The notes below the pieces were generated by a model. The model made no database searches. It was not told the origin of the DNA and saw only the letters and a program-made list of their open reading frames with translations. The position numbers and the translations under genes are program-made. From the NCBI RefSeq assembly GCF_964355755.1, contig NC_092675.1, positions 25,826,912 through 25,890,911 of the forward strand: a stretch of DNA of 64,000 bases, read 5' to 3'. This DNA is from Antedon mediterranea. Taxonomy: Eukaryota; Animalia; Echinodermata. This document shows positions 14,267 to 28,778 of the stretch, piece by piece. Position 1 is the first letter of the stretch. Each line of letters opens with the position of its first letter.

Positions 14267-14859
14267 TCAATAAGGACCATTTTGGTTGTAGTGGTACGGT
14301 ATTTAATACCGATTTTCGTTAAGAATCATTTTACATCTAGCTTCTTTGTTCCTTCGTACCATAGAATATTGGTTTTGGGTCTTCACAGTGTGAAAATGAA
14401 TGTGCGTTAAACTAATACCGTAATAATGTTAATACAAATTCTGATAATTTTATAGTATTTAAGTACACAGTCAATAGAGGTATATAAACAACATGCTGTA
14501 CGATTATTCATGAGACGTTGTCGAGGTAAGTTTTTTTGCATAAACGAATAATTAGCGTTTATTATATTATTTTCAAATTACAGTGAGATTTCGACTAATT
14601 AATCAAAGATACTTGTATTTTAATTGGTTGTTCTAGGTATGAATACCAACACAGTAGAATGTTGACTCGAAATGATGTAAGTAATTGACGGGAGATCAAC
14701 TAATCAATCAAAACTAATCAAGTCTGATGTATGTACTAATTGTGCTTATGAAAGTTATAGACTCATAATTAAATAACATTATCAGGGAAGAGTAGATTTA
14801 CAATTTTTCATCCCTGATCATTATTCTATTCATCATTGTTATTATCATAATAACCGTCA

Positions 14860-15410
14860 CATCATCATCATTATCATCATCATTATCATCATCATCATCC
14901 TAGCATAACATCTTGATATTGTTTTGATCATCATTTCATCACATCATTATCTTCATATTATCAGCATTGTTTCCATCATCATTCTCCTCATTTTATCATC
15001 ATCATCATCCTAGCATAACATCTTGATATTGTTTTGATTATCATTTCATCACATCATTATCTTCATATTATCAGCATTGTTTCCATCATCATTCTCCTCA
15101 TTTTATCATCATCATCCTCATCCTCGCATAACATCTTGATAATGTCATTGTTTTGATCATCATTTCATCACATCATTATCTTCGTATTATCAGCATTGTT
15201 TCCATCATCATTCTCTTCATTTCATCATCATCATCATCCTCATCCTCTTATAACATCTTGATAATGTCAGTGTTTTGATCATCATCTTCATCACATCATT
15301 ATCTTCATATTATCAGTATTTTTTCCATCATCATTCTCCTCATTTCATCATAACCACTATCATAATCAACATCATCATTATCATATTCAACATCATTATC
15401 ATTCCTCATT
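14860..15410. repeat. (CAT)-rich minisatellite, 4 units of ~110-122 bp
   Basis: Unit landmark CCT..CATAACATCTTGAT at 14899, 15009, 15122 and 15244. Confidence 0.9.
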
Positions 15411-16220
15411 GCACCATTTCATCATCTTCATTATTCTATTGAATGTTGTCATTTTTTACGATCATCATGCCATCAGTTACAATCACCAAAATAAAAATTA
15501 CGTGATGTTTAATTAAATAATTAACAGGCCTACTAGTTAGTTAGTAAAGAAAATAATAAACTGTATGATTGTTACTTGAAACATACTGAATATAATAAAA
15601 AAAAATTAATACTTAGTAAGAATAATGATTGACTGTGTTAACATTGTTATTTAAACATATATGACTGAATATAATATATTTGCTGACAGACGATATCTGT
15701 GTTAGGCTTCTGATTTGAGATTGCATAACTTGAATGCTCACCAAAACTAGTAATAATTTTTAATCACGATTCCTTCATCAAATGTGACTTGTGCTTTCAG
15801 AATATCTGCTATTTATTCAACTTGAGTCATGATTTACATAATGCCAAAGAAGTAAATGCCGCGAAACTAGTGTACACTCGTAGAAAACATATACGGGAGC
15901 TTTAAATAATTGTAATAATTAAATACATGAGTTGTCAGTAGGGACGTAAAACCGTTTGAAATATTGTTTTGAAAACTAACACGACATCAATCTCCAACTT
16001 TCAATACTCTATTATGTACTCAGCCTACACAACCCTGTTATATCACTTCATGTTTGTTATTATATAAACTTTGTTTCGTTATATCTCAATATACAATGCA
16101 TATATTTATACTATATTTATTATTCTTTATTTATTTATATAATGCAATAAATAGCAATTAAGCAAATTGCTGGGGGCTGTGTTTCTTGCTCCATTTAGAA
16201 GCACGTTGTTCACCTTTTAA

Positions 16221-16373
16221 AGCTCTGTCTACACCATCAAGCTATATGTGACAAATAAATCATGTGATTGCCCATATGGACATGACGATGTCATATCACT
16301 ACCATATTTGGAAATATCACTGCCCTATTTAGGCACATCACACTTGTTTTGTCAAGCTAGTGTAGACAGAGTT
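16221..16373. mobile_element. MITE family C (TIR AGCTCTGTCTACAC); degenerate copies at ~1903-2015 and ~39770-39870
   Basis: TIR pair AGCTCTGTCTACAC / GTGTAGACAGAGTT. The core ATGA(C/T)GATGTCATAT...CATATTTGG...CATCA(C/T)ACTT recurs at three loci. Confidence 0.7.
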
Positions 16374-17633
16374 TTTAGTTATTGTGCAAATACAATATTG
16401 AACATTCATGGTAATTGCATTCGATGGCAGGCATGCCAGCACTAATTAATAACCATTTAAAACAACTAGTCCTACATTGAAAGTGAAGGTTAATCACAAG
16501 GTTATAATGATATTGTCGAAATTATTTGAAATATTATTAGTATCATTATGATCAAATTATTTGGTTTATTAAATGAATCGGTATTGTTTAGCTGGCGACT
16601 GTATACACGGTTCGTCAGGTAATTATTTGTCTTTGTAGTAAGGTTAATTATATTATACCTATCTAATCATTATTATGTTTTACATCGAAGGCCTTTCATA
16701 CGTACACTAAAGAATGCAACGTATACAGTATGGTTATGAGTGTGAATATGTCAATCGTGTGGGTTTACTCAGAGTATTATTGGTGTATTATGTAACATTA
16801 GAAATAAATGCAATTTGCTACTATCGTCACTAAAATAATGTTTAATTTAGTGGACTTCTTTGTGTTTATGTTAAAGATATCGCGTCATGAATTGTTTAGA
16901 TGACGCAAAATAAACTTAATACTGATACATTTAGATACATTTAATACGGACAGTAGGTCTAATTATAACTAACTGGTTTACCACCAGTAAAGTTGGCTAC
17001 GGGATAATGACTTTTAGTATTAAGTAACAGGGAAATTAATCTCACGTCATAAGTGGTTCCAGGAGGCCCACCTGTATTCAACAACATTAATGAAACGAAG
17101 ATGGTCGGATAATTGTCTTCATAAAGCCTGTTGAGTACATTCGAATAGGGTGCTTGATGGACCCTAGATCAAGTTAAGCTGGATTACTATAAACTAGACG
17201 CGTCTATGTTAACGTACCGAAGTGACTATCAAAAGCGACTCTTGTCGTGTGTAGATACCAGAATACAAACCATGTTTGATGTCCATAATCTACACTACAT
17301 GATTCACCTATGCAGTCAGCCCTATTGGTTATGGCGGAGATGATTAGAAGGACGCCGTGGACGTCATAGTCTGATTGGCCCCAAAATCAATTCTGTCCGT
17401 CTGCACGATCTGTACGTACAGTCAGGACGGCGTGAGAGAGATCTGATACGTCCTCGATCAATAATTCCGTCTATAAAGGAAGTATTTAATTTTCAATGGA
17501 TGATATCCTTTGTTGAAAATTTAATGTCCTAATTTTGTGAATTACTAATTAGGTTAAAGATTGCTGATACCACAGACTGAAATGTTTGTTTCCTTGCTCT
17601 CTGTTGCATATTGGGCAACGTTTCCATGCGAAA

Positions 17634-18008
17634 AGGGTCTTTCACACCTGTTCCGGCACGGTTCCGGTCCGGCGAATTGAACACCAATGTTTCGTTTTTA
17701 CGACGCTCCACGCGGCCAAGCACCAATCGATATGCGCGTAGCCGCGTAAAAACGAAACATTGACGTTCGGTTGGATTTGCCGTCGCCGGACCGGAACCGT
17801 GCCGGAGCAGGTGTGAAAGGCCCTTTAAAGGGTCTTTCACACCTGTTCCGGCACGGTTCCGGTCCGGCGCCGGAAATCCAATCGAACGCCAATGTTTCGT
17901 TTTCACGCGGCTACGCACATATCGATTGGCGCATAGCCGCGTGAAAACGAAACATTGACGTTCGATTCGCCGGACCAGAACCGTGCCGGAACAGGTGTGA
18001 AAGACCCT
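17634..18008. mobile_element. Inverted dimer of palindromic MITE family B (17634-17824 and 17829-18008; TIR AGGGTCTTTCACACCTGTTCCGGCACGG)
   Basis: Each unit has ~40-bp TIRs plus an inner inverted repeat. The units are separated by TTAA. TAA/TTA flanks suggest PIF/Harbinger, or Kolobok if the target is TTAA. Confidence 0.85.
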
Positions 18009-18010
18009 TA

Positions 18011-18236
18011 AGCATGGTTCCCACTAGAGACGTACCGCAAGGTTGTACGCGCAACGTAAGCGAGTTTACCAATGACAAGCCACTATTTGAATAATCCATC
18101 GCTTGTTAAGCGTGGTTCCCACTAGCGACGCAACACAACAAGGACGTAACGCAACGCAAGTGAATTGTTCAATCACAAGTGATGGATTATTGGTGTGATA
18201 CGTCCTTGCGTCACCGTCTCGAGTCGCAATCAAGCT
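18011..18236. mobile_element. Two abutting MITE family A copies (18011-18105 partial; 18109-18236 internally deleted)
   Basis: Both begin AGC(A/G)TGGTTCCCACTAG and share internal sequence with the 14091 copy. Confidence 0.7.
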
Positions 18237-18655
18237 TTACGCTGTTGGAATTGCGTTTAGTAAGATTAATGTTTTGGTAAATTTCAGGCTTTACGCAGCA
18301 AACTACATCTGTGACCTATAACGGTATGAATATATATTATTCCGTAGTTTTTTTAAGACCGCGTGACGCAACCCGCTGCTGTATTTTATAGTCATAATTT
18401 TACGATACCTTATTTCAAATATCGATTACACTTTTCTAGTTTTGCATATTTATTACCGAATGCATTGTACCCAGATTTCTACTAACAATCTATTTTATAT
18501 TAATGAATCTTCTTGTTGTAATTTTTAATTTGAATTTGGTAATTAAAAACAATAAATTGATATCGTCTGCATTCACACCATAAGTGTAATTATACGATGG
18601 GAAGCTTCGCAGGTGTTTCTATGAGACAAGCTAAGCCTGCACAGTATTCTCCTAA

Positions 18656-18864
18656 AGCTTGGTTCTAACTAGCGACGCAATGTAACGCAACCTACGGAAC
18701 GTAAGAAATGCCCTTCTAATAATTGTGTTTGCCTCCGCCTGCGTGAAATCAAACCTGCGATTTTTTCAGAACTGTTGCGTCGTCGGTTCCCACTAATTGT
18801 GATTATGCAATACATCACTTTGCGTCAATACGTCGCTGCGTTGCGTTCTAATGGAAACCATGCT
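18656..18864. mobile_element. MITE related to family A (similar TIR, different interior)
   Basis: TAA|AGCTTGGTTCTAACTAGCGACGCAA ... TTGCGTTCTAATGGAAACCATGCT|TAA, with a 3-bp TAA duplication. Confidence 0.7.
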
Positions 18865-21760
18865 TAAACATGTAAGTATCGTAACATAATTTGGTCCAAG
18901 AGCTATAGGGTGTGGCTCCAACTTTGTAGAATATCCTTCAATCCGAAAGTGTTTATTTGAACTTTTAAACCCAACTGAAGATTTTATTTTTCTAAAAGGT
19001 TTTTCATTTAGGCCTATCTAACCATTTTTCTTGTACAATGATGTACATCGTATTCAGGGCCTGCTTAAGCGCGCGTATATATATATTTTTTTTGTATTAT
19101 TGTTCATTGCGTTTCAAGGCCATTGGTTGATGAAATCACTAACCTAATTGAAACTCTAATCGCAGTTTAGGAGTTTCTAATCACAGACCAAATACATTCT
19201 ATTGAAGGAACTCAACTTGGTACGCGGAAATAAAAGTTCAAATGGAAACGGGGACCAAATACACCGGTCCAAACATGGAAACGGTATAATATAAATAAAC
19301 AACTTTAAAGAGCTGTCAAATTGTGTGTTTAGAGTAACGTAACGTTTACGGTGTGTTTTTCGGCCACTGCGGCAAAACACGATGCGTTGTATGGAATCTG
19401 GAATTAGGCCTAGTTTGAACTGTTTCACTTCAACACTACACCCATTTTCCCGCGATTTTTATCCTCCATCGGACCACAATCTCAATATATAGTTTAAACG
19501 TCGGTATAGGATACTGTAAATTATGTTTCAGTTTTTTCCTTTTCATTAATTAATATAGTATCGCCATATGGTGTGATGTTCTCTCAACGCTTTATGAATT
19601 TAATTTAATAGAATCAATAGAGTAATTAATATAATATAACAATATGGATACATTTAATTTATACGTCAATTTTTATGTCCGTGAATAACATGCACGTACG
19701 CTGACAAATAAGATACGATATAGGTACGTCAGCTATATGGAATGTGTTTCTTGTAGCTATGAAGCGCCATAAATTAAAAACCAACAGTTCGATTGCGTAG
19801 AATTATAATGCAATTATAATTTCAACGTAAATTCTTCCTATGTGATTGCAAATATATCCACAATCTCTGTTAGTACTTCATCTGTGTTATTTCTGTTGCG
19901 TTAAACTGTAATGTGTATTGATGGCGTTAACAATTACAGTCAATAGCCCTCTGGGTGATCGTACAATTAGCCATGTTAACTGAATGTTTTAATTAAAAGT
20001 CGTTGACATTATTAGGAAGATAATGTAGATATTTAGAGTAAAGCATACAATCTGTAATTCTGCTTATAGTTATCTGCAAAGCAAATCTAGGTCTAACACT
20101 GACCGTAAACCAACAGTCAACAAAACATAACGTCTTGCTGTCCAGACTAGGAGACCTAACCGTGTAAATCGGTTGTAAATTTGATATAGGGACCACTGAG
20201 ACTGGTCATGGATCAACACATTCTATAGTATATATAACGGATAAAAACAGAAATGTAAAACCTCCTGAGTTGTTTCCAGACTATAAGGGAACCGAAACTG
20301 CTGTATAGGTTGTAAATTTGATATACTAGTTCCACATATTTATACGGAAGGTGATTATTTCTTTCAAGTTATACGATAGATTTCATGTACTTTGGGTGGC
20401 GTGGACAAGGCACGCATATTATTATGTTCAAGGACATTTTCTGAACCTAAAAAGATGAAAGGAGCTGATCACCTGGCGTTAGTTTTTCATATTTAAAAAA
20501 GTTCTATCACACGATAATTTAATAGTACCGTCTATCGAATACCATGTTATCCATAATTGTTCAATCAAATGACAGTAATCTATTTCAGTTTAATATAGGC
20601 CTAAATATAATATTTTGTTTCTTTTGAATATCATGACAACTTTTTGATATAGGCCCCCTAAGCCAGAATATTATGAACGTTAACTTCAAAATACTCAATT
20701 TATTACCATTATCCAGTATTATAAGGTCAGTATTTCTAACAGTTAGATACATGGAAATATTTCAAATAGGAAAAAAGACATACTACATTGATCATTATAG
20801 TTGTATCATTGCACAGTACTATACTATACAACGGACGATCAATCACAGTCGATACAAATCTATGTAATTAATCATAACATTATAACATATACATATATAA
20901 AAATGCTATAAAATATTGACGTTTGTAATAAAATTTATGATATTAACGTGGTTTACAAGCTGTTTCGCGCACATTTTAAACGGAACCGTCCCATTTATGT
21001 ATCCCTGTCTTTATAATCATGATTAAGCCATATGCTTCTATGGATTGGATTAGGGATATAGAATATCGTTGAAGTGAAAGTAATTATGTCTACAAACTAA
21101 TTGTACTTACCTGAAATGCGTGTTAATTTTATCAATAAACGTACAAACACGACTAAAAATAACACAAGCCGTGATTTCCTTATTATTAACTGTATGCAAT
21201 GGTCAGTGATCAAACTCATGGAGATATATAATGAACAATATCTCTATGTCAAAATTAAATGTAGATAGAAAGATATATCAGGTTGTAGGGTAAATTAAGT
21301 ATCCTACAAATGAATACTGTGGATTTTTTATGACGTATTTCCTGATCCATTACTTCACCCTAAACACCAAATTTGAGTATAATTATGTAGGCCTACTGTG
21401 CCTGTAGCCTACCAGGAAATCTAACTTTAACCTAAACTTAACTATGTGATACATATGTGACACTGTCGGGGACACGATTTGTAGATAATGCAAAGTGGAT
21501 GTAAATCGGTTAAATATTGAGAAAAGAATCAGAAAAATCACCACCTCTGCCAACCCCCCCCCCCCCCCCCCCACCTCAATCTTAGATATAGCAAGGGCAT
21601 GGCGAAGTTTCAGCGAAAAAACACAGAGTATTTATGATGGCCACTAGCTAAAGTATTGAGAAGACAGAAATATTAGACTCATGAGACTCCTATGGAAAAA
21701 TACCTCTACAAATGGTATTTCTGAAATAAACTAACGGATAAAAAATCCTCAAATTCTTAC

Positions 21761-21817
21761 CTGCACGACTATCAATGTCAAAAGTGCCTGGCAGACGAAA
21801 GTTCGTATTTGCGCCAT
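21761..21817 (-). CDS. Probable first coding exon of a secreted/membrane protein gene (signal peptide MAQIRTFVCQALLTLIVVQ), phase 0
   Basis: ATG in context TCAATGG, 19 codons with a hydrophobic core, strong donor CAG|GTAAGA. CpG-richer 5'UTR/promoter-like sequence lies upstream (21820-22260). Confidence 0.5.
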
Positions 21818-24800
21818 TGATTAAAAATCATTCAATATTCTTTGAAAAAAAAGTAAAGATCTAGGACATTGTAAAAATCAAACTGCAAACAGAGTTTAAA
21901 ATCAGCTGTCAAAATTTACTCCAAAGTCGATCGAATAGTTCCTAATAAAAATCTCCGAGACGGTTTATGCTGTCCATATCAGCGAACATAAAATCCTAAT
22001 TCGTTCTTCATCAGGGGAAGTATTTCCCTTTGATGTGTGGTGAACACCGATTTCGCGGAGTGGAGTTGTCTCGTGTGAAACGATGTGATCGTAACGCAAG
22101 CATACGTGGATATACAGTCTCTCTCTTGATTCCAGTCGCTTTATGTTTAGTCTCGGCTGTGTACTTTGTGTTCAGATTGAGGGCTTCGTTTCAAGTTCAC
22201 CACTGATTTACGCTGAATATATCACGTGATAGCAACCACTGCTATGACATCATAGATACACTTATGTACGAGCACAGCAGAAAGAAATATGTAATATTCA
22301 ATCTATTGCAACGTGTTTTATTGCAGTGTTCACATTTGTTTGTGTAGACATTGTGCAAATCCATTGAATGTAATTTAAAACTACTATCCGCGCAATGAAT
22401 GTTTACTATCCACTATACAGGGGGCACTGCAAACATCCAACAATATCAGACTATACCAAGAACAAATAAAATTGTTTTCGATCGTATTATAAAGAGAGAA
22501 AATATGATATGTCGGATATTCCTGTGGGAATGTTTCCGACACAGAAGTTGTCAATCACCATAGTCATGCAACATAATTTTCTTTAAAATATGACGTAGAC
22601 AAGGAAATTGGAAATAGGCCTAAAAGTGAACAAACAAGAGTACAGCCAACTTGATTGTCAAACATTATAATATAATATATTCAGGAGTAAGCCTATATTT
22701 CGCTTATTTTTTAGGATACTCTCCTCGGGACTCTCCTATGTCACTTTGATTGTCTATAACGCTTAGGCCTATTTTGTATACGGTTGTACGCAGTTAAGCA
22801 AAAGAATTTGTTTTAATTAATTAAATTATAATCAGTCAGAGAAACCTTTCGGTTGGTTACCGGTCGTACTTAACTACCTGAAATAACATGTCAGTTATCC
22901 ATCCATATAGGTATGAATGGGCATCTTATTTTTTTTTTTATCCGAGATATAAACTTTCACAATCATACATAGAGGGCACTATAGCTTAAATTTAAGTAGA
23001 AATATTTAAATCCAACAAAATATTCCAAAGAGATTCAAGTAGTTGCGGATGAGTTGGTGATGGCGGGAGTGTGGGTGGGGCGGTGGTCTTTGGTTCGAGG
23101 TGGTATTAGTAAAACTATCAACATTAATTGGATATTCTTAATGATTGTCAGCTTAAAGCAACAATCGGTATAGGCCTACGTGTATTATTAACTATAAATG
23201 CCACCGGTATTGTATTTACGAGCCAGCAATATTGCTTTATATATTGATTTATAGTTAATATTGTTATTTATTAAGCCTTATGTTTAGGTTGAATTATAGT
23301 AATAACCCTAATTTTTCTTTATTAACCGGTAAAGGTAAATACTTTTGTTGAAGCATGCTAATTCTGCCATTGACGTATGTACTTATTTAGTGACAGTAAT
23401 ATGACTTACTTGGTGACATTTATTTTGGAAACGAATGTTGCAATAGTTGAAGGCTCTGCTTACAAATGCTGTTATAATGTTTATTGACATATTTTTTTAA
23501 ATTTTATTGACATAAAATGCATTTCTAGGAAAACATATTTTTGATTAAGGAGTAAATATATCTGTGTTTAATAATAATAATAATAATAATAATAATAGGC
23601 CTTTACCTTAAACCACATTGATAACATACCCCAATTTGTAACAAGGTGATGCAGTGCCCTATAATTTTCTTTCGTAATAAAATAAGTGAGATTATCATCA
23701 ATGTTGAAGTTGCGAATGTTCATATTTCATTTTTTCTCTTTTGTGGGGGCAACCCACTTTTATTGCAATGATAAACAATATGGTAAAGGTTACAGTATAT
23801 ATGTCTATCTATGTTTATTTATCAATGAATATTTTAAGTGATATTACATATGTTCATATTTTATAATAAACAATAGAAATTTTAAACCCAGGGTATCTTT
23901 AAAGAGATATTTTTGACTGCTGTAATTGATATAATTATCTTTTAATTGCCTTTCGATCAAATTTATGGTTTTGTTTGTTATATGGTTTAAAAATATAGTC
24001 TAATTCTTTAGCTAATTGTGTTAAAGTATGCTGTCAGAAAGCAATTCCAGAAAATGTTCTTTCAATGCCGGACCGTTCGGATCAAATCATACTACTCGTA
24101 TAGCCAATGCTATAGATGTTTAAAAGACTAAACCAACCAAAAAGACTTTTAGAGCTGACTACGCCACATGCCGTGTCTAAACAAAGTAATGAAACAATGG
24201 AATGAAATACAGGCTAATAACACAAACAACGATTGTAAATCAAGAGAACCGAGTGCGTTACTCCATTACATAGAATGTTCATTTTAATTGGACCGCCATG
24301 TTCTTGTTTATTACGATGCTTATATATAGAATTTAAATTAATGACGTGACATAGGAGAACAATAACGTTTGAAATCTGAAGATCAATTTTCAATTCCGAT
24401 CCAGAATATCAACCCACCGGCCACGCTGCCTCAACCACTGCTAGCTTAAACAAGATGTCTGAAATAATGACTATAAACATATCTGAAGGAATACGAATAC
24501 GAATACTTAGAATATAAGAAAGAATACGATACGGCGAATCAAATTTGTCATTCCCAATAAAACGAATCGTAAAGTCGTTTTACTGGTTACACGCAACGCC
24601 AAAGCATTTATAGTTGTTCCTTATGTCAACTTTTATTTATCGTTTAATAACCCTTTTTAATTGTATATGTATATAATATGTCGTTATATTTGAGGAAAAA
24701 TCATTGTTCTATTTCTAACATTATGGATATTTTTATTTTAGGAACATAGTTATCTTTTTTTTATATAAAAATAAAGAAACAGGTGTTAATAAGTAAATGT

Positions 24801-27800
24801 AAATACAGTAAATACGTTTTAAAATGTTTCTATCGTTTTTAAAGTATAAAGTATAACGTTTTTATTTTAAAATCAATAAATTTTAAAGTATAAATGTATT
24901 ATTATATTGGGAAAACTGATAAATAGGTCTGCATGTAGATGTGTGCAATATTGATCAGAGAATCATAAATGGAACCAATACCTAATTTACTTGTGCAAAT
25001 GATCTATTGGTTGACTGGCGTACACTATTTTTCTTCGTAGAATGCAATGTTTTACAATTCGTACTGTAGGCCTATCTACATTGGATATAAAGTGGGACAA
25101 ACCCACAAAAAACACACTATTGCGTCTTCACCATTAGCCTTCAACTATAACACAGTTTGAACACGTATCACCAATAAAACAAAACCATAAAATACATAAA
25201 AGTGATCTCTTTTAAAAACCACATGTAAAAACATGGAGTTATATCAATCCTCTCTGTTGTAAAGTATCAATAAAATTGAGATGTGACCCACATATTAAAA
25301 TCAACGGTTACCTGCCACACTGTCGTCAACTTATGTATCGATCGCATTCATTGTAAAGAGGACATCATTGATCTAGGCACCTAGTCAGATATCAAATTAT
25401 CTAGTTTTTACCTAACAGCAATGACCTGAAAAGTGTGCTCTGTTATGTTTGGTGTGATGGTGTTTATAACAGTCATATGTAATGCAATAATGACAATGCA
25501 ACGTATCCCCTTCATTTGATGTAAACCTACATCATTTCTAAACAAGAAATATTTCTTACACGAAACGCCGCTCGACTTTTTCTTCTTCATTGAATGATGC
25601 TTTTTTTTTTAATTCGACTTGAATTTATTCGGAAAATCATCATAAAAAATACATATAAAGTGATTGAAATTAGGCTACTGACATCACAAATAATACATTT
25701 ATAAAATATTTTCCAGGATAGCCCAAAAAGCTTATTAGCTTATTTCCTTTTATAATCTAAAATAAAAAATATAATTGTTACAAAGTATTGCATTGTATTG
25801 TATTGATATTTTATTAATAATTTCAGAAATAATGATTTATTATCAATTTTTTTTAACAATCAGTAGTATAAACTTTTTGTGTAACATAAATAAGTCTGAA
25901 CTACTCTATTTAATTAGATATAATAGCGCAAGCATGATGTTTGTAACGAATAACGTTTCCTCTTTCTATGAATATTGGAGGAACTCTATACATTATAACG
26001 TAGAGCCTCTGGTATTAAATACAAACATGTTTTGAGGATGTATTTTATGATTGAATTTAGTTTTTTTTCAAATAACATGATTTCTCACGAACATTCATCG
26101 TACAGAAACAAAAAAACTTTAATAAAAAAATAAGTTACGATATTAGACTTACATAACGTCAAATAAAATCTTTGGGGTTTTCTTCGAATATGAATAAGAA
26201 TGTATTAATATTGATGATAGATATAATCGATAGAAATATTAATACCAAGATGATAGATTCTTGTTAATATACATTTTATTAGCACATTTGTATAGAGATT
26301 TAACAATGCCTATCGCTATACTAATGAAATGCTGTCTGAGTAAAAACAGACATGTAATAATATGAAAATATTCTAAAGAAAATAGAACGAAACCTATAAT
26401 GATTACAATTACCGAGAATAACAGAAACTTACTTATTTAAATTATTACAAAACTGTTTAAATAAATATACAGAATAGTAAAAAATTGGGAATACATGAAT
26501 TGGTAACAATAAATACATAATTTAAGAAGAATGAATGGAGACAGTTTTATTTACCAGCACCAGTAAAAAATTTGTAAAATTACTGGCCATGAATTGGCTC
26601 AATGTACGTATACAATGTATAACACAACATGAAATGAATGAAATACCATCAGGTATCATCAGGCACATTTGTCATTGATATAATGTTCTAGTAGCACTGT
26701 ATGTAGTCGAATTATTAGTAAAAAGATAAATATTTTTGCACATATGGCGTTTCATACGTATACTACAAAAATAAAACAATAAATAAATAAAAAAAGACAA
26801 TGAATACAGGCTTGGGGCAAGTCTACATTGTATGTTGTCTGACGTTGTACGTCCGAATACCCAGTAACCATCCATGGTTTGTTGCGTTATATTTATTGAG
26901 TTATAGCCTACTTTCTGGGTTTAGGCCTATGCCTCTTTTTCATCTATTATAATCTACCCATATGATACTAATATCTATGATTTACATTTAGTATTAATTT
27001 CACACAAAAAAAAGTGTTAACTTGAATTTGAATTTAACTTGATATGATATCTATTCATAAACTAGTTTAAACTCATAATTGTGTTCCTTTTTATATGCCT
27101 TAAATATGTATTATTCAACATTAAATTAATTGAATAAATTTAAGATGGTTCTAATCTTGTAATACCTGTTACTTAAGTTACCTGTTGAATTGCCGAAACG
27201 AAAACATTAAAACATTACTTTGTCTTGTTGAGTAAAGAAAGAATTATATTGGCAATAAAAACAGTATGTTCTCGTTATTTCAACTGAAGCGATTTCGGAA
27301 TTGGCTCATGTTGCCTCTGTAAATTAATTGTTTTATTTTATCGAATCTACATACGTGGATACAAGTCGTTCGTAGTACATTGAATGTGGATCAATGTATT
27401 CATGCTGCTAGAAGCATTGACAAATGTATTATTTGTGTTTTGAATAACTTTGAGTTTACTTAATTACGTGTACTTCCAATGTCCACGTTTCCAACAACAG
27501 ATATGGATTAATAAGTTTTTCAAATTTACAATGTCTATGATTTATTTTAGACTTGGTTAGTGTCAAAGATGATCAAAGCTACCATAATATTATGGTGTAT
27601 GTAACTTGAATAGAGGTTTGTCTTTAATTGGCTACCCAGTAAAAAGAATAAATAATAATCAGTACGTGCAATAGTGGTTCTGTAGCATTGACAGCTTTTA
27701 AACCCATTAACAAATTATATATATAATTATTAGTCATTGATAACATTTGATATTGTACTTTTTTCTTTCTTTATTTGTTGTTGTTGTTATTATAAGTATC

Positions 27801-28701
27801 TCACGTGTAAAGCTCTGCTTGTAATGGGATACCATTTTCACTTATGTATCATTATTTTATCATCTTCTATAATGGAAAGAAAGATTACTTACTAAATAAA
27901 AAATATTCATCTTCCCATGCGCATTTGGAATTACACTTTGTGCCAACATGTCTGTCCATGATAGCAGACGACAAAACGTTTGCAACCCAACGAACGTGTT
28001 TGTCATCGGCGAAGTTACATTATGTTGTATTTGTGAACTACAGCATGATTTACAGATTTTCATTTTGCAAACTACGTTTTGCAGTTTTCTTAAATTTAAA
28101 CAATTCATTCTTAATGTCTGATGTCTGTTCAAAGACGAGTTATCTGTCTTGCGATTGGATAGTTTGGGCATAACCTGAATTCGATATATGGACTTTAACT
28201 ACCATTTTATTAGCGCAACGAACTATACGGGTTTATCGTCAAGTAGTGACTATAGATTTAATGAATTGAAATATAGAAATGAACATTTATGGAGACGCGT
28301 CCAAGCCTGTACAATCAAGCACTTTGATCTAAAATTGTAATCTTTTGCTTGCACATTCCAACTCTTCTACCATAATAATTAGCAATTTCCGCACTATATA
28401 AAGAATGAACTTTTCTGTTTATTTGATGTATCAGTCTGCATATATTTTATGATTTTTACTATTCTTCTATACTTTAATTCCACAAAATGGTTTTCACAAA
28501 TTTTCAAAATGATACAGTTTATATAATTATCATTAATATGTCAAATTGACTTATATTTGAGAATTTTGCTCTCTTCTTTAAATATTTTGTGGAACACAAT
28601 ATATGAAAGAAATTAAGGAGCTCTGCACACGTATAGGCTTACATATTCTCTCCAAACTCCAAACGAGTTTATGCATGCAGTAAAAGAAAATGACGATTAT
28701 A

Positions 28702-28778
28702 ATGATGATGATGATGATGATGATGATGAGGATGATGATGATGATGACGACGATGACGACGATGATGATTATGATGAT
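28702..28778. repeat. (GAT)n microsatellite
   Basis: GATGATGAT run with GAC/GAG variants. Confidence 0.92.

Noticed and set aside
14860-15410. His-rich or Asp/Met-rich coding repeat
   Set aside because: Unit lengths are not multiples of three and the ORF track shows no long frame; it is a non-coding minisatellite.
17529-18099. Minus-strand ORFs of 129, 64 and 62 aa with a repeated peptide
   Set aside because: They result from the GC-rich MITE dimer; no splice or domain support.
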